Source of the DNA: an uncultured Pelagibacteraceae bacterium
GTDB lineage: Bacteria > Pseudomonadota > Alphaproteobacteria > Pelagibacterales > Pelagibacteraceae
Direction of reading: 5' to 3'
DNA: 64,000 bases
Assembly: GCA_902604055.1 (NCBI GenBank)
Contig: CACKXA010000001.1
Location: forward strand, 10,789-74,788
Below the pieces are notes generated by a model. That model saw nothing but the letters and a program-made list of their open reading frames with translations. It did no database searches and had not been told where the DNA came from. Of the stretch, positions 20,987 to 31,051 are shown one piece after another (within the stretch, counting starts at the first letter, position 1; every line of letters begins with the position of its first letter). Made by a program: the position numbers and the translations under genes.

Positions 20987-21734
20987 AATTATAAAGTTTA
21001 AAAAAAGTAAACCAATATTTGAGGTAAAAGATTTAACAAAATCATTCGATGGAAGACCAATTTTAAAACAACTTTCACTAAAAGTTTTTCCTGGTCAAAT
21101 AGTTGGATTGTTGGGACCAAATGGAGCTGGAAAAAGTACTTTGTTTAATATTGCTATTGGAGCAGAAAGTGCAGACAGCGGAAACATTTATCTTAATGGA
21201 AAGTCTATAAATCAAATACCAATTCATTTAAGATCTAAACAAGGATTAGGCTATTTGCCTCAAACAAGATCTTTATTCAATACACTAAGTACATTCAATA
21301 ATATTTATGGCCTGTGCCAAATTCATGAAAAAGACGATAAAAAAGCAAAAGAGCAAACAGAGTCTCTCCTTGAACGTTTCAACCTGACTCACCTTAGGTC
21401 AATTAACGCTGGGGTACTTTCTGGTGGAGAGTCTAAAAGACTCGCTCTTGCAAGATTGATGATAACTAAACCGAAAATTGTTTTAATTGATGAAATTTGG
21501 TCAATGGTCGACCCATTAGTAGTGCAAGATATGCAAAAATATATTTTACAGATACAGTCGCAAGGAGTGAGTTGTATTTTAACTGATCACTCAGTTTCTA
21601 CACTTTTCGAAACCACCGATTTTAATTACCTTATAGACTCTGGCCAAATTATAGCTGAGGGAACTAAAAGAGAATTATTACAAAATTCAGAAGCAGTTAA
21701 AAAATATTTTGGAACAGGCTTTAAGAACTATTAA
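20970..21734 (+). CDS. lptB: LPS export ABC ATPase (divergent D-loop)
   Basis: GLLGPNGAGKS, GYLPQ, LSGGE, LIDE, LTDH. Confidence 0.85.
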   Translation: MKKSFRIIKFKKSKPIFEVKDLTKSFDGRPILKQLSLKVFPGQIVGLLGPNGAGKSTLFNIAIGAESADSGNIYLNGKSINQIPIHLRSKQGLGYLPQTRSLFNTLSTFNNIYGLCQIHEKDDKKAKEQTESLLERFNLTHLRSINAGVLSGGESKRLALARLMITKPKIVLIDEIWSMVDPLVVQDMQKYILQIQSQGVSCILTDHSVSTLFETTDFNYLIDSGQIIAEGTKRELLQNSEAVKKYFGTGFKNY

Positions 21735-23077
21735 TGCCTGCTAAAAGTCTTACAGTTAAAGTTAAAAATAGAATAAAACCATTTAATAAAGTAATTAAAG
21801 TAGATTCTGACAAATCTATTTCAATAAGAAGTTTTTTGATAGGATCTATTTGTCAAAATATCTCATATGCAAAAAATATTCTTGAATCTGAAGACGTACT
21901 GAGCACAATTTCATGTTTGCGTAAACTAGGTGTAAAAATAGAAAAAATAAAAGTAAAATCATATAAAATTTATGGAAAAGGATTAGGGTCTTTATTCATA
22001 AAAAAAAATTCAGAGTTATTTTTTGGTAACAGTGGTACAGCTGCTCGCTCTTTAATCGGAATATTATCAACAACGCCTGACATAGAGGTAAAGTTGCGAG
22101 GAGATAAATCATTAAATAAACGAAGTATGAAAAAATTAATAAACTTAATGTCTGAATTTGGAGCTGAGTTTGTTCCCAAAAATAAGTATAATTTTCCTCT
22201 TAAACTAATCTCTACTGAAATGCCTATTGGTATAAACTATAAATCTGGAGTATCAGCTCAATTAAAAACTGCCACTATTCTTGCTGCACTAAACTCATAT
22301 GGAGATACAAAAATAATAGAGCTTACAAGAAGTCGTGATCATACCGAAAATTTTTTATTAAACAATACTCAAGCAATAAAAATCAAAAATGGTAAAAAAA
22401 AAATAATTAAAGTTTACGGAAAAAAATATTTAAATCCTATTCAAGTCAATGTTCCTGGAGATCCTTCTAGCGCTGCTTTTTTTACTACCTTAACTTTATT
22501 AAATCAAAATTCATCTCTTAAAATTAAAAATGTAGGTTTAAATCCAACAAGGATAGGTTTTTATGAAATATTGAAAAAACAAAAAGCAAAAATAAAATTT
22601 ACTAATTTAAAAAAGGAGAATAATGAAATTCGAGGAGATATTATCGTCAAAAGTTCTAATATTAAAAAGATTATAACTCCAGGTAACTTTTATCCTCGAA
22701 CAGCAGATGAGTATCCTTTGCTTTTTGTGATGGCTGCTTTAATAAAGGGAAATTCTATATTTAAAAATATTGGAGATCTTGCCAACAAAGAGGCAAATCG
22801 AATAACCGAAATGCAAAAAATTTTAAAACAGATTGGTATAAAAAGCATAGCAACAAAAAATGAAATAAAAATTTTTGGTAAGGGAATGATTAACGCAAAT
22901 AATAAAAAAATTACTGTTCCTAACATTGCTGATCACCGAATTCATATGAGCGCTTTTATTTTAGGTTTACTTACGGGAGCAAAAACAAAACTTACAGGTT
23001 TTGAAACAGTATATACTTCCTCACCATCATTTTTAAATATAATGAAATCTTTAGGAGCTAAGTTTGAAAAAAATTAA
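21734..23077 (+). CDS. aroA: EPSP synthase
   Basis: DKSISIR, GNSGTAAR, SAQLK, RDHTE, VPGDPSSAAF, DHRI. Confidence 0.93.
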   Translation: MPAKSLTVKVKNRIKPFNKVIKVDSDKSISIRSFLIGSICQNISYAKNILESEDVLSTISCLRKLGVKIEKIKVKSYKIYGKGLGSLFIKKNSELFFGNSGTAARSLIGILSTTPDIEVKLRGDKSLNKRSMKKLINLMSEFGAEFVPKNKYNFPLKLISTEMPIGINYKSGVSAQLKTATILAALNSYGDTKIIELTRSRDHTENFLLNNTQAIKIKNGKKKIIKVYGKKYLNPIQVNVPGDPSSAAFFTTLTLLNQNSSLKIKNVGLNPTRIGFYEILKKQKAKIKFTNLKKENNEIRGDIIVKSSNIKKIITPGNFYPRTADEYPLLFVMAALIKGNSIFKNIGDLANKEANRITEMQKILKQIGIKSIATKNEIKIFGKGMINANNKKITVPNIADHRIHMSAFILGLLTGAKTKLTGFETVYTSSPSFLNIMKSLGAKFEKN

Positions 23078-23717
23078 AAGATTTTTAATTGCTATTGATG
23101 GACCAAGTGCTTCAGGTAAAAGTACCGCAGCAAAAAAAATTTCTAAAAGATATAATATGTCTCTATTGCAAAGCGGACTATTATTTAGATATGCAGCTAA
23201 AATACTTTTAGCAAAAAAACCAAAAAATAAAATTATATTTTTAAATAAAGCTTTTAAAAAAATTAATTTGAAAAAAATTGAAAAAATAAATCTTCATACC
23301 CCTGAAATTTCAAAATTTTCTGCAGTCATTGCAAAAGAATTGAAAATCAGGCTAATTATAAAAAAGTTTCAAAAAAAATATGTTAGTCTAAAAAAAAAAG
23401 TAGTGTTAGAAGGACGGGATCAAGCTAAAATATTCCCTAACTCTGAAGTCAAATTTTATATAGTATGTAGTCCATTATCTATAGCCGCAAAAAGGCGGTG
23501 GATGCAATTAAAAAAGAAAAGAAAGAAAGTTTCACTTAAAGAAGTATTAAAAGACCTAAAAAAACGTGATTATATGGATAAAAATCGTAGACACTCAAAA
23601 CTTGAAAGACATCAAGAGTCAGAGTATATCAATACAGCAAAAATGAATATTGATGACGTAATTAATAGAATGTCTAAGGTCATAGATAGGAAATTAAACG
23701 AAAAATATGGAAATTAA
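23064..23717 (+). CDS. cmk: Cytidylate kinase
   Basis: IAIDGPSASGKST, VLEGRD, RD..D..R; aroA-cmk-rpsA synteny. Confidence 0.92.
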   Translation: MKKIKRFLIAIDGPSASGKSTAAKKISKRYNMSLLQSGLLFRYAAKILLAKKPKNKIIFLNKAFKKINLKKIEKINLHTPEISKFSAVIAKELKIRLIIKKFQKKYVSLKKKVVLEGRDQAKIFPNSEVKFYIVCSPLSIAAKRRWMQLKKKRKKVSLKEVLKDLKKRDYMDKNRRHSKLERHQESEYINTAKMNIDDVINRMSKVIDRKLNEKYGN

Positions 23718-25452
23718 AGAAGATCTCAAAAAAACAAATCCTTTACACAAGGAATTTTCTAAACTTGTAGAGGCTGATTTTAAAGGAAGATCCCTTAAGG
23801 AGAATGAGGTTATAGAGGCAAAAGTAGTTGAAAAATTAAAAGCCTATGTAGTAGTGGACTGCCGAGGGAAGAGTGAAGCGATGATACCCGTTTCAGAATT
23901 TACTCCAGATGAATTATCTAAAATTAAGGTCAATGATAAACTTATGTGTTTTGTTGAAAGAATCGAGTCAATGAAAACAGGAGAGATCGTTCTAAGTTAT
24001 CGTAAAGCAAAATCACTTTCTGCTTGGAAAAAATGTCTAGCCGCATATGAAAAGGAAGAACCTTTGACAGGCTACGCTCGGACTCGCATTAAAGGAGGGT
24101 TCATTCTGGAACTTTTCGATGGAGCAATCTCAGCTTTTTTACCTCAGTCGCACCTATGCACGCGCCCTCTTAAAGGTGCTGCTGTTGAGAGATTAATGAA
24201 TACTCCTATAAAGGTCAAAATAGTTCGGGTTGATTATTCCCGGGGCAATCTTTCGGTTTCGAGAAGAATTTTACTCGAGCAGAATAGAAGTGCTGAAACC
24301 GCTGAAGCTCTTAAAACAATTTCTGAGGGTCAAATTTGCGACACGACGGTACGAGCTGTTACTTCATGGGGAGTCTTCGTCAATTATAAGGAGTCACTTG
24401 ACTTTTTGATTCACGTGAGTGACCTCGATTTTGGTCGTGTCAAACAACCTAGCGATTTAGTTTCTGTAGGGCAGCCGTTGAGGTGTAAGATAATAAAGAT
24501 AGACAAAACTACAAACCGTATCTCTGCTAGTGTCAAGGACTTACATGAATCGCCTTTTAAAGATATAGAGAAAAGATATAAAGTCGGCTCCATCTATCCT
24601 GCAACAATTGTAAAAATTCAACCTTACGGGGCGTTCGCATCGCTGGAAAAGCACATCGAAGGTTTGATACACTCTTCCAATTGCTCACACATTCAACGAA
24701 ACGTAAATCCAAATTCAATTTTCAAGATTGGAGATAAGGTGAACGTAAAAGTATTAAGTTTGGAAAAGGAAGACAGGAGGATATCGCTCAGTTATAAAGA
24801 TTGCTTTCCAAATCCGTGGGATAAAGTTCCAGATTTAGTTGGAAAAGAAGTAAAAGTTCGTGTGGTTAACGTGACAGATAAGGCTGTGTTTTGTGAATTA
24901 ATTGATTTGAAGCTTGTCGGTATGAGTCATTTTAAGGAGCTTAGTTTTGCTGAGAACGTGGATGAGTTAAAGAAATATCATAAAGGGGATGAGATTTCTA
25001 TGAAACTTATAGAGTCTAAAGATGAGAAATTGCGTTTTTCAAAGCGTGCGCTTTTTTCAGACCCACTAGATTGGTTCAAAAAGAACTCTAAGAAGGTCGG
25101 TTCAATTCTTTCTACAAAAGTAGTTGAAGTAATGAAAACTGGAGTTAAAGTTGCAGTAGATCCTGAAAAGAAAATTATAGTAACAATTAAAAAAAACCAG
25201 TTAGCAGTAGAACCAGCAGACTGTCGGCCAGAAATCTACAGTGTAGGGAACACAATGGCGGATGCCAAGTTGGAAGTGCTAGACTTGAAACTTCGAAAAG
25301 TTGTGCTTAGTCCTAAAGCTGCTCAACAAGAAGAACAAGCCTCGCTTATCCAAAAGTTTGGCGCTGGAGCTAATAAGTCTGGAATAACACTTCGATCTCT
25401 GTTCAATAAAGCTATCGGAAGTAAAAAAAAGAAGAAAAAAGAAGAAAAATAA
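23707..25452 (+). CDS. rpsA: 30S ribosomal protein S1 (divergent)
   Basis: Repeated S1 domains (KGGF, AFLP.S, YGAF..L...IEGLIH, RISLS.K); cmk-rpsA-ihfB synteny. Confidence 0.9.
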   Translation: MEIKEDLKKTNPLHKEFSKLVEADFKGRSLKENEVIEAKVVEKLKAYVVVDCRGKSEAMIPVSEFTPDELSKIKVNDKLMCFVERIESMKTGEIVLSYRKAKSLSAWKKCLAAYEKEEPLTGYARTRIKGGFILELFDGAISAFLPQSHLCTRPLKGAAVERLMNTPIKVKIVRVDYSRGNLSVSRRILLEQNRSAETAEALKTISEGQICDTTVRAVTSWGVFVNYKESLDFLIHVSDLDFGRVKQPSDLVSVGQPLRCKIIKIDKTTNRISASVKDLHESPFKDIEKRYKVGSIYPATIVKIQPYGAFASLEKHIEGLIHSSNCSHIQRNVNPNSIFKIGDKVNVKVLSLEKEDRRISLSYKDCFPNPWDKVPDLVGKEVKVRVVNVTDKAVFCELIDLKLVGMSHFKELSFAENVDELKKYHKGDEISMKLIESKDEKLRFSKRALFSDPLDWFKKNSKKVGSILSTKVVEVMKTGVKVAVDPEKKIIVTIKKNQLAVEPADCRPEIYSVGNTMADAKLEVLDLKLRKVVLSPKAAQQEEQASLIQKFGAGANKSGITLRSLFNKAIGSKKKKKKEEK

Positions 25453-25734
25453 TTGTCAAGACCTGAGCTGATCAAACAACTAAAATTAAAACATCCTAAA
25501 TTAAATAGATCTCAACTAGAATTAATAATAGATACTTTTTTTAAATGTATTGTAGATGCCCTTAAAGAAAAAAAATCGGTATTTCTCAGAGGTTATGGAA
25601 CTTTTTTTATTAAAGAAGTAAAAGCCAGTGCAAATTTACGCAACCCCAAAACAGGAGAGTTGATATATAGACCAAAGCGAAATAAACTCAGATTTCGAAC
25701 ATCAAAAAAATTTAAAGAATTTCTAAATCAATGA
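25453..25734 (+). CDS. ihfB: Integration host factor beta / HU family protein
   Basis: LRGYGTF and RNPKTGE motifs; follows rpsA. Confidence 0.85.
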   Translation: MSRPELIKQLKLKHPKLNRSQLELIIDTFFKCIVDALKEKKSVFLRGYGTFFIKEVKASANLRNPKTGELIYRPKRNKLRFRTSKKFKEFLNQ

Positions 25735-26390
25735 AAAAAAAAGTATTTATTGCAATCGATACAACAGATCTTAAAAAAGCAAAAAAAATAATAGCACAAT
25801 CTCGAACAAACAAAATTAAAATTGGCTATAAATTTGGATTACAATTCATGAACTCTAAAAAAGGGAGACAATTTGTTTCAAAATTAAAGAATCAAATTGT
25901 GTTCATAGATCTGAAATTAATGGATATTGTTCAAACAATGATATCAACCGTAAAAGCGTTGAAAGATTTAAAAATAAATTACCTTACAGTTCATATATCT
26001 TCAGGTTTAGCAGCTCTAAAAGCAGTTAAAAAAGTTTCAGGCTCAGTAAGGATTGTTGGAGTATCCACTTTAACGTCACTTAATAACAAGGATTTAAAAT
26101 TAATTGGATACAATAGATCTGTTAAAAATTTAGTTGCACATCAAGCTAAGCTAGCCAAACGAGCAGGTTTAGATGCTGTGGTATGTAGCCCTTACGAAGT
26201 GAATATTGTAAGGAAAATTTTTAAAAAGGAAATTATTACTCCTGGTGTACATATCGGTAAAAAAAACTATGATCAAAAACGTTCTATGGAAAGCAAAAAA
26301 GTCAACTCAGATTGGCTGGTCGTTGGGCGCAGCGTGACCCGGAACGGTGGTATTAAAAGAAATATTCAAAAACTAATAAAATCGTTATAA
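25731..26390 (+). CDS. pyrF: Orotidine-5'-phosphate decarboxylase (divergent)
   Basis: DLKLMDI catalytic DxKxxD, TVH, LTS, TPG, DQKR, VVGR. Confidence 0.9.
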   Translation: MKKKVFIAIDTTDLKKAKKIIAQSRTNKIKIGYKFGLQFMNSKKGRQFVSKLKNQIVFIDLKLMDIVQTMISTVKALKDLKINYLTVHISSGLAALKAVKKVSGSVRIVGVSTLTSLNNKDLKLIGYNRSVKNLVAHQAKLAKRAGLDAVVCSPYEVNIVRKIFKKEIITPGVHIGKKNYDQKRSMESKKVNSDWLVVGRSVTRNGGIKRNIQKLIKSL

Positions 26391-26407
26391 TAAGTTTTAA
26401 AAAATTT

Positions 26408-27598
26408 ATGAGTAAAGAAAAAATTAAAAATTCTATAAAAACTGGTTCCGATAGAGACGGATATTTTGGTGAGTATGGAGGTATAGCAGCTGGAGAGAAT
26501 TTAATGGCTAATCTTGAAGAGCTTAAAAAAGCTTTTGAAGATGCTATTAAAGATAAAAAATTCTTAGATGAATTTGCTTATTACTGCAAACATTGGATTG
26601 GTCGCCCCAGCCCAATATATTTTGCCGAACGTTTGACCAAAAAAATTGGTGGAGCAAAAATTTATTTTAAACAAGAGCATTTAAATCATACAGGTAGTCA
26701 TAAACCCACAAATACGTTATTTCAGGTTTTACTCGCAAAAAGAATGGGTAAGAAAAAAATTATTTGCGAGTCGGGTGCAGGACAACATTGGTCTGCTGCT
26801 GCTGCAACAGCAGCTAAGTTTGGAATCCCAATTTTAGGCGTGATGGGAAAAATTGACTGTGCTAGAGTTAACCAAAATTTAATAAAAGCAAAACATTATG
26901 GAGGTAAACTCAAAGTTGTTGAGGGAAGTTTACGGGAAGCTATTACAGCCGCTATAAAAGAATGGTCTAATAACCCAGATTACTATTATTTAATTGGTTC
27001 CACATGTAGTTCTTCTCCATTTGTAGATATTGTTAGATACGCGCAAAGTATCATTGGAAAAGAAATGAGAGAGCAGTTTATGGAACTTGAAGGGAAACTT
27101 CCAAATGAGATTGTCGCGTGTGCTGGAGCTGGCTCAAATTTTACTGGTTCGATTTTTGAATTCTTAGATGAACCTGAAATTAAAAAGGTTGTTGTTGAGG
27201 CAGAAGAGACTGCAGCGTTAACTAATGGAACAAAAGGAATTCAACAAGGTATGGTTACAAAGTTTCTTCAATCTGATGATGGGTCAAAATCTCTTGGTGG
27301 AAGTTCTCTCGGAGCCGGAATTATGTACTATGGAATTTCACCGCAATTAGCACATCTTAATGACATAGGCGCAATAGAAGCCTCAACTGCAAGTGATAAA
27401 GAACTTTTAGAAACTTACAAACTAGTCGCTCAAAATGAAGGTATCGGAATATCGTTTGAACCAGCTGCTGCAATAACTGAAGCTTTGAAAAGAGCCAAAG
27501 GTAAAGCTAAAGATTACATCATTTGCGCCACAGCATGCGGTCGCGTAGAAAAAGACTTAGATGTGATAGAAAAATTAATTGGTAAAGATTTTGAGTAA
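26408..27598 (+). CDS. trpB: Tryptophan synthase beta subunit (strongly divergent)
   Basis: GYFGEYGG, GRPSP, LNHTGSHK (PLP lysine), ESGAGQH, GSN; upstream of trpA. Confidence 0.88.
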   Translation: MSKEKIKNSIKTGSDRDGYFGEYGGIAAGENLMANLEELKKAFEDAIKDKKFLDEFAYYCKHWIGRPSPIYFAERLTKKIGGAKIYFKQEHLNHTGSHKPTNTLFQVLLAKRMGKKKIICESGAGQHWSAAAATAAKFGIPILGVMGKIDCARVNQNLIKAKHYGGKLKVVEGSLREAITAAIKEWSNNPDYYYLIGSTCSSSPFVDIVRYAQSIIGKEMREQFMELEGKLPNEIVACAGAGSNFTGSIFEFLDEPEIKKVVVEAEETAALTNGTKGIQQGMVTKFLQSDDGSKSLGGSSLGAGIMYYGISPQLAHLNDIGAIEASTASDKELLETYKLVAQNEGIGISFEPAAAITEALKRAKGKAKDYIICATACGRVEKDLDVIEKLIGKDFE

Positions 27599-28394
27599 TA
27601 GATTTAAAAAGATTTTTTCTAATAAATCACAAAAAACAAAAATGATAGCATATTTCGTGGCTTGTTATCCTAATTTTGAACAATCTTTAGAAATAATTAA
27701 AAAATCAATAGATGCTGGAGTTTCTATTTGTGAAATTGGTTTTCCAACTCAGGAGGCAAGCGGAGAAGGAATTGTTATTAAAAATGCCCACGACCACTGT
27801 TTAGAAAGAAATATTACTTTAAAAGACACTCTTAAATTGGCTAGAGCTGTAAGAGATTATAATAAAGATGTCGGTATAATTCTAATGGGATATATGTCTA
27901 ATATTTTTAGATATCCTATAGATAATTTTGTAAAAGATTTGGCGGCAGCCGATTCAGATGGCTGTTTAATTGTTGATGCACCTCATGAATTAAAAGAGGA
28001 ACAACAACTCAGAAATGCTTTAAACAAGGAAAATCTTTCTTTAATTAAATTAGTGGCTCCAACTACAACGGAAGTAAGATTAAAAAAATTATCTAAGCTT
28101 TTTTCTGGATGGGTCTATAGCTTAAATTTTTCTGGCATCACAGGATCTAAACCAGTAGATTTAGATGAAGTTAAAAAAATGATTAAGCGAATTAAAAATC
28201 ACACAGACTTGCCAATTTGTTCTGGATTTGGAATAAAATCTCCTGAAGATGCAAAAAAAATAGCCAATGCAGGCTGTGATGGTATAATAGTTGGATCAAG
28301 TATTGTTGATTTTATTACAAAAAATTTAGATGACACAAAATTACCAGAAAATATTGGTAAAAATATTGAGAATTTTGTAAAAGAACTTAGATGA
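27579..28394 (+). CDS. trpA: Tryptophan synthase alpha subunit (divergent)
   Basis: EIGFP, ILMGY, LVAPTT, GITG, GFGI, DGIIVGS. Confidence 0.9.
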   Translation: MVKILSNRFKKIFSNKSQKTKMIAYFVACYPNFEQSLEIIKKSIDAGVSICEIGFPTQEASGEGIVIKNAHDHCLERNITLKDTLKLARAVRDYNKDVGIILMGYMSNIFRYPIDNFVKDLAAADSDGCLIVDAPHELKEEQQLRNALNKENLSLIKLVAPTTTEVRLKKLSKLFSGWVYSLNFSGITGSKPVDLDEVKKMIKRIKNHTDLPICSGFGIKSPEDAKKIANAGCDGIIVGSSIVDFITKNLDDTKLPENIGKNIENFVKELR

Positions 28395-29320
28395 ATTGGA
28401 TTAAGCGCTTGGCGCCAGGCATAAAAGCTTTGTTATCTCCTCTTAAAAAAAGATTGGGTGAAGGAGAAAAAAGTCTTTGGAAAAATTGTAGTTGCGGTAA
28501 GCTTACATTGAAAGACGATTTTAAAAAAAATCTTTTTGAGTGTCCTCATTGTTTCAAAACGCATTTAATCTCATGTAGACAACGCTTTAACATATTTTTT
28601 GATAATTCCGATTATACTATTATTGATTATGGAAGTCCTCCAGATGATCCGAGTAAATGGACCGATCCAAGAGGAAAATATGTAGACCGACTAAAAGCGG
28701 CAAGAAAAAAAACTGGTGAAAACGAAACAATGTTATTTGCAACAGGTTTATTAAATGGGATGCAATGTACTGTAGGAGCAATGGACTTTTCGTTTTTTGG
28801 CGGGAGTGTCTCCCCTGCAGTCGGGGAATGCTTTTTGTCTGGAGCTGAACATAGTATTAAAAACAAACAACCTATGATCCTATTTGCTACTAGTGGTGGA
28901 ATGAGAATGGAATCTGGATCAATTTTAAGCTTACAGCAAATGGTGCGAATGACAATTGCTTGCCAAGAACTTAAAAAGAATAAAATACCTTTTATTCTCT
29001 GTGCTGGAGGACATGTCATGGGTGGCACCACTGCATCGGTTTCGAGTTTAGCCGACATACTTATTTCAGAAAGTAAAGAATTTCTCTGGGGTTTTTCTGG
29101 AAAACGAATAATTGAACAAAACTTAAGAGAAAAATTGGGAAAAGAAGTACAGACTTCAGCCTGGGTTTTTGAACACGGAGGTTTAGATAAAATTGTCCCT
29201 AGAAAAGATCTAAGGTCAGAAATTTATAATATTTTATCAATTCTATTGAAGGTAAAAGAAAAAGAGATTAACAATACTAGCAATGTTGCCTCGAACAATA
29301 AACCTCTTCAAGCAAGCTAA
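28391..29320 (+). CDS. accD: Acetyl-CoA carboxylase carboxyltransferase beta subunit (divergent)
   Basis: MNW start, Zn-ribbon, MDFSFFGGS, SGG.RM, GG.TAS; trpA-accD-folC synteny. Confidence 0.88.
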   Translation: MNWIKRLAPGIKALLSPLKKRLGEGEKSLWKNCSCGKLTLKDDFKKNLFECPHCFKTHLISCRQRFNIFFDNSDYTIIDYGSPPDDPSKWTDPRGKYVDRLKAARKKTGENETMLFATGLLNGMQCTVGAMDFSFFGGSVSPAVGECFLSGAEHSIKNKQPMILFATSGGMRMESGSILSLQQMVRMTIACQELKKNKIPFILCAGGHVMGGTTASVSSLADILISESKEFLWGFSGKRIIEQNLREKLGKEVQTSAWVFEHGGLDKIVPRKDLRSEIYNILSILLKVKEKEINNTSNVASNNKPLQAS

Positions 29321-30593
29321 ATCAAAAGAAGAAAATTCAGTAAACAACTTATTATTATCCAATCAACATAAGATTAGACTAGGATTGGATAGGGTCAATA
29401 AAGCAATTAAAAATTTAAATCTAAACACTGAATACCCATTAACTAATATTTGCACTATAAATGGAACTTCAGGTAAAAATTCTATAATTCAAATTTTAAA
29501 GAGCATATTAATTAAACACAAAAAAAAATATGCAGCCTTCTATAGTCCCCACTTAATGTCAATCGTGGAAAGATTAGAACATAATAAAAAGTTCATTAAA
29601 TTAGCGCTTTTAAAAAAGATTTTACTGATAGTTCATAACCAAAAAAATCTTACACAGTTCGAAAAATTAACCATTGCGTTTGGTTTATTCATTAAAAATT
29701 TAAAGTTAGACTGGGTATATGGAGAATTCGGTTTGTTCGGAAGAAAAGACTCGGTTCGAGCTTTGTTTCCTAATCCCGATCTACACATCATTTCACCTAT
29801 TTCTTTTGATCATCTAAACTGGACAAAAACAAAAAAGATGAATTTAAAAACTTTAAAAGAAATAGTTTTTGAAAAAACTTCTTTTTTGAAAAGTAAACTT
29901 TATATCTCAAAACAAACTCCATTAGTTTTAAGATTAATAAAATCAAATATTAAGAAGAATAAAAATCCAAAAATAATTTATGGAAAAGATTTTAGGCTTA
30001 TAAAAAAAAATAAAAAATATTTCTATAAAGATAAAATTCATAAATTCGAAATAAAATCAAATTTACTTGGCGAACATATGTATGAAAATGCCACAGTTGC
30101 AATACGTATAGCCTTAGATTTTAAAATACCTCTTAGAACTATTAAGATTGGATTAAAAAGAATTGAAATACCTGGTCGTATGCAATTAATAAAAAAAGGT
30201 AAATTAAGAGAAGGTTTTAATCGAAAAACTGTATTGATTTGTGATGGAGCCCACAATTTAAATCAATCAGAACAAATCAACAAAGCTATAAGCGACAAAT
30301 TCAAAGTTAAAAATAAATACTGTGTAATTAGTATGATCAATACAAAAGATCCACGCTCATTTCTGAAGCCTTTTAAAAATAAATTTAAAAAGATCTATTT
30401 TGTTAATATGGAAAGAGAGAAAAATGTATTTCCTAAAGAAAAATTAAAGTATATAGCGGATAGTCTAAATATAAATTCTTGTACAGCTAATAATTTAGAT
30501 GATGTTAAAAATGATTTAAAAAATTCTTCTTGTGACTTATTTTTAATTACGGGCTCTCTTTACTTTATAGGGTCTATTTTGAAAAAAAATTAA
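29283..30593 (+). CDS. folC: Folylpolyglutamate synthase/dihydrofolate synthase (divergent)
   Basis: LGLDR, GT.GK.S, SPHL....ER, ISFDH, PGRMQ, DGAHN, TGSLY. Confidence 0.88.
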   Translation: MLPRTINLFKQAKSKEENSVNNLLLSNQHKIRLGLDRVNKAIKNLNLNTEYPLTNICTINGTSGKNSIIQILKSILIKHKKKYAAFYSPHLMSIVERLEHNKKFIKLALLKKILLIVHNQKNLTQFEKLTIAFGLFIKNLKLDWVYGEFGLFGRKDSVRALFPNPDLHIISPISFDHLNWTKTKKMNLKTLKEIVFEKTSFLKSKLYISKQTPLVLRLIKSNIKKNKNPKIIYGKDFRLIKKNKKYFYKDKIHKFEIKSNLLGEHMYENATVAIRIALDFKIPLRTIKIGLKRIEIPGRMQLIKKGKLREGFNRKTVLICDGAHNLNQSEQINKAISDKFKVKNKYCVISMINTKDPRSFLKPFKNKFKKIYFVNMEREKNVFPKEKLKYIADSLNINSCTANNLDDVKNDLKNSSCDLFLITGSLYFIGSILKKN

Positions 30594-30935
30594 TTAAACT
30601 TTTGCGATCTCTTTTACTTTTTCAATAAATTCTTTTTCAGGTATAAATCCGACAATAGTTCCTAAAATTTTATCTTTTTTCATTATATGAGTGGTTGGTA
30701 CACCTTTAATTCCTCCAATTTGAGAGCTAAAATTTATTCCTTTGTCTTCTACTGCTACTGTTCCAAATTTCACACCTGGGACTTTGTTGTTTTGTGCAAT
30801 ATTAGAAATCACAGGGTGTAAAGCTTTACATGGAGCACAATAAGATAATGCAGAGAAAGTTACTGACCAGATATCTTCACTTTGATAAATTTCTTTTTCG
30901 TAATTTTCGTCGGTAATTTCTTTTAGTTCATTCAT
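30594..30935 (-). CDS. trxA: Thioredoxin (YCAPC variant)
   Basis: CxxC and GVPT cis-Pro; convergent on folC as in other Alphaproteobacteria. Confidence 0.82.
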   Translation of the reverse strand: MNELKEITDENYEKEIYQSEDIWSVTFSALSYCAPCKALHPVISNIAQNNKVPGVKFGTVAVEDKGINFSSQIGGIKGVPTTHIMKKDKILGTIVGFIPEKEFIEKVKEIAKV

Positions 30936-31051
30936 AAGAGATATAAATCAATATGTTCTTATTTAAAAAAAGTCAATCTGACAATTAAATTTAAATTACT
31001 ATTTGTTTATAACATCGATAAGTAAACCTGCTATGATTGGCAATAACAATC

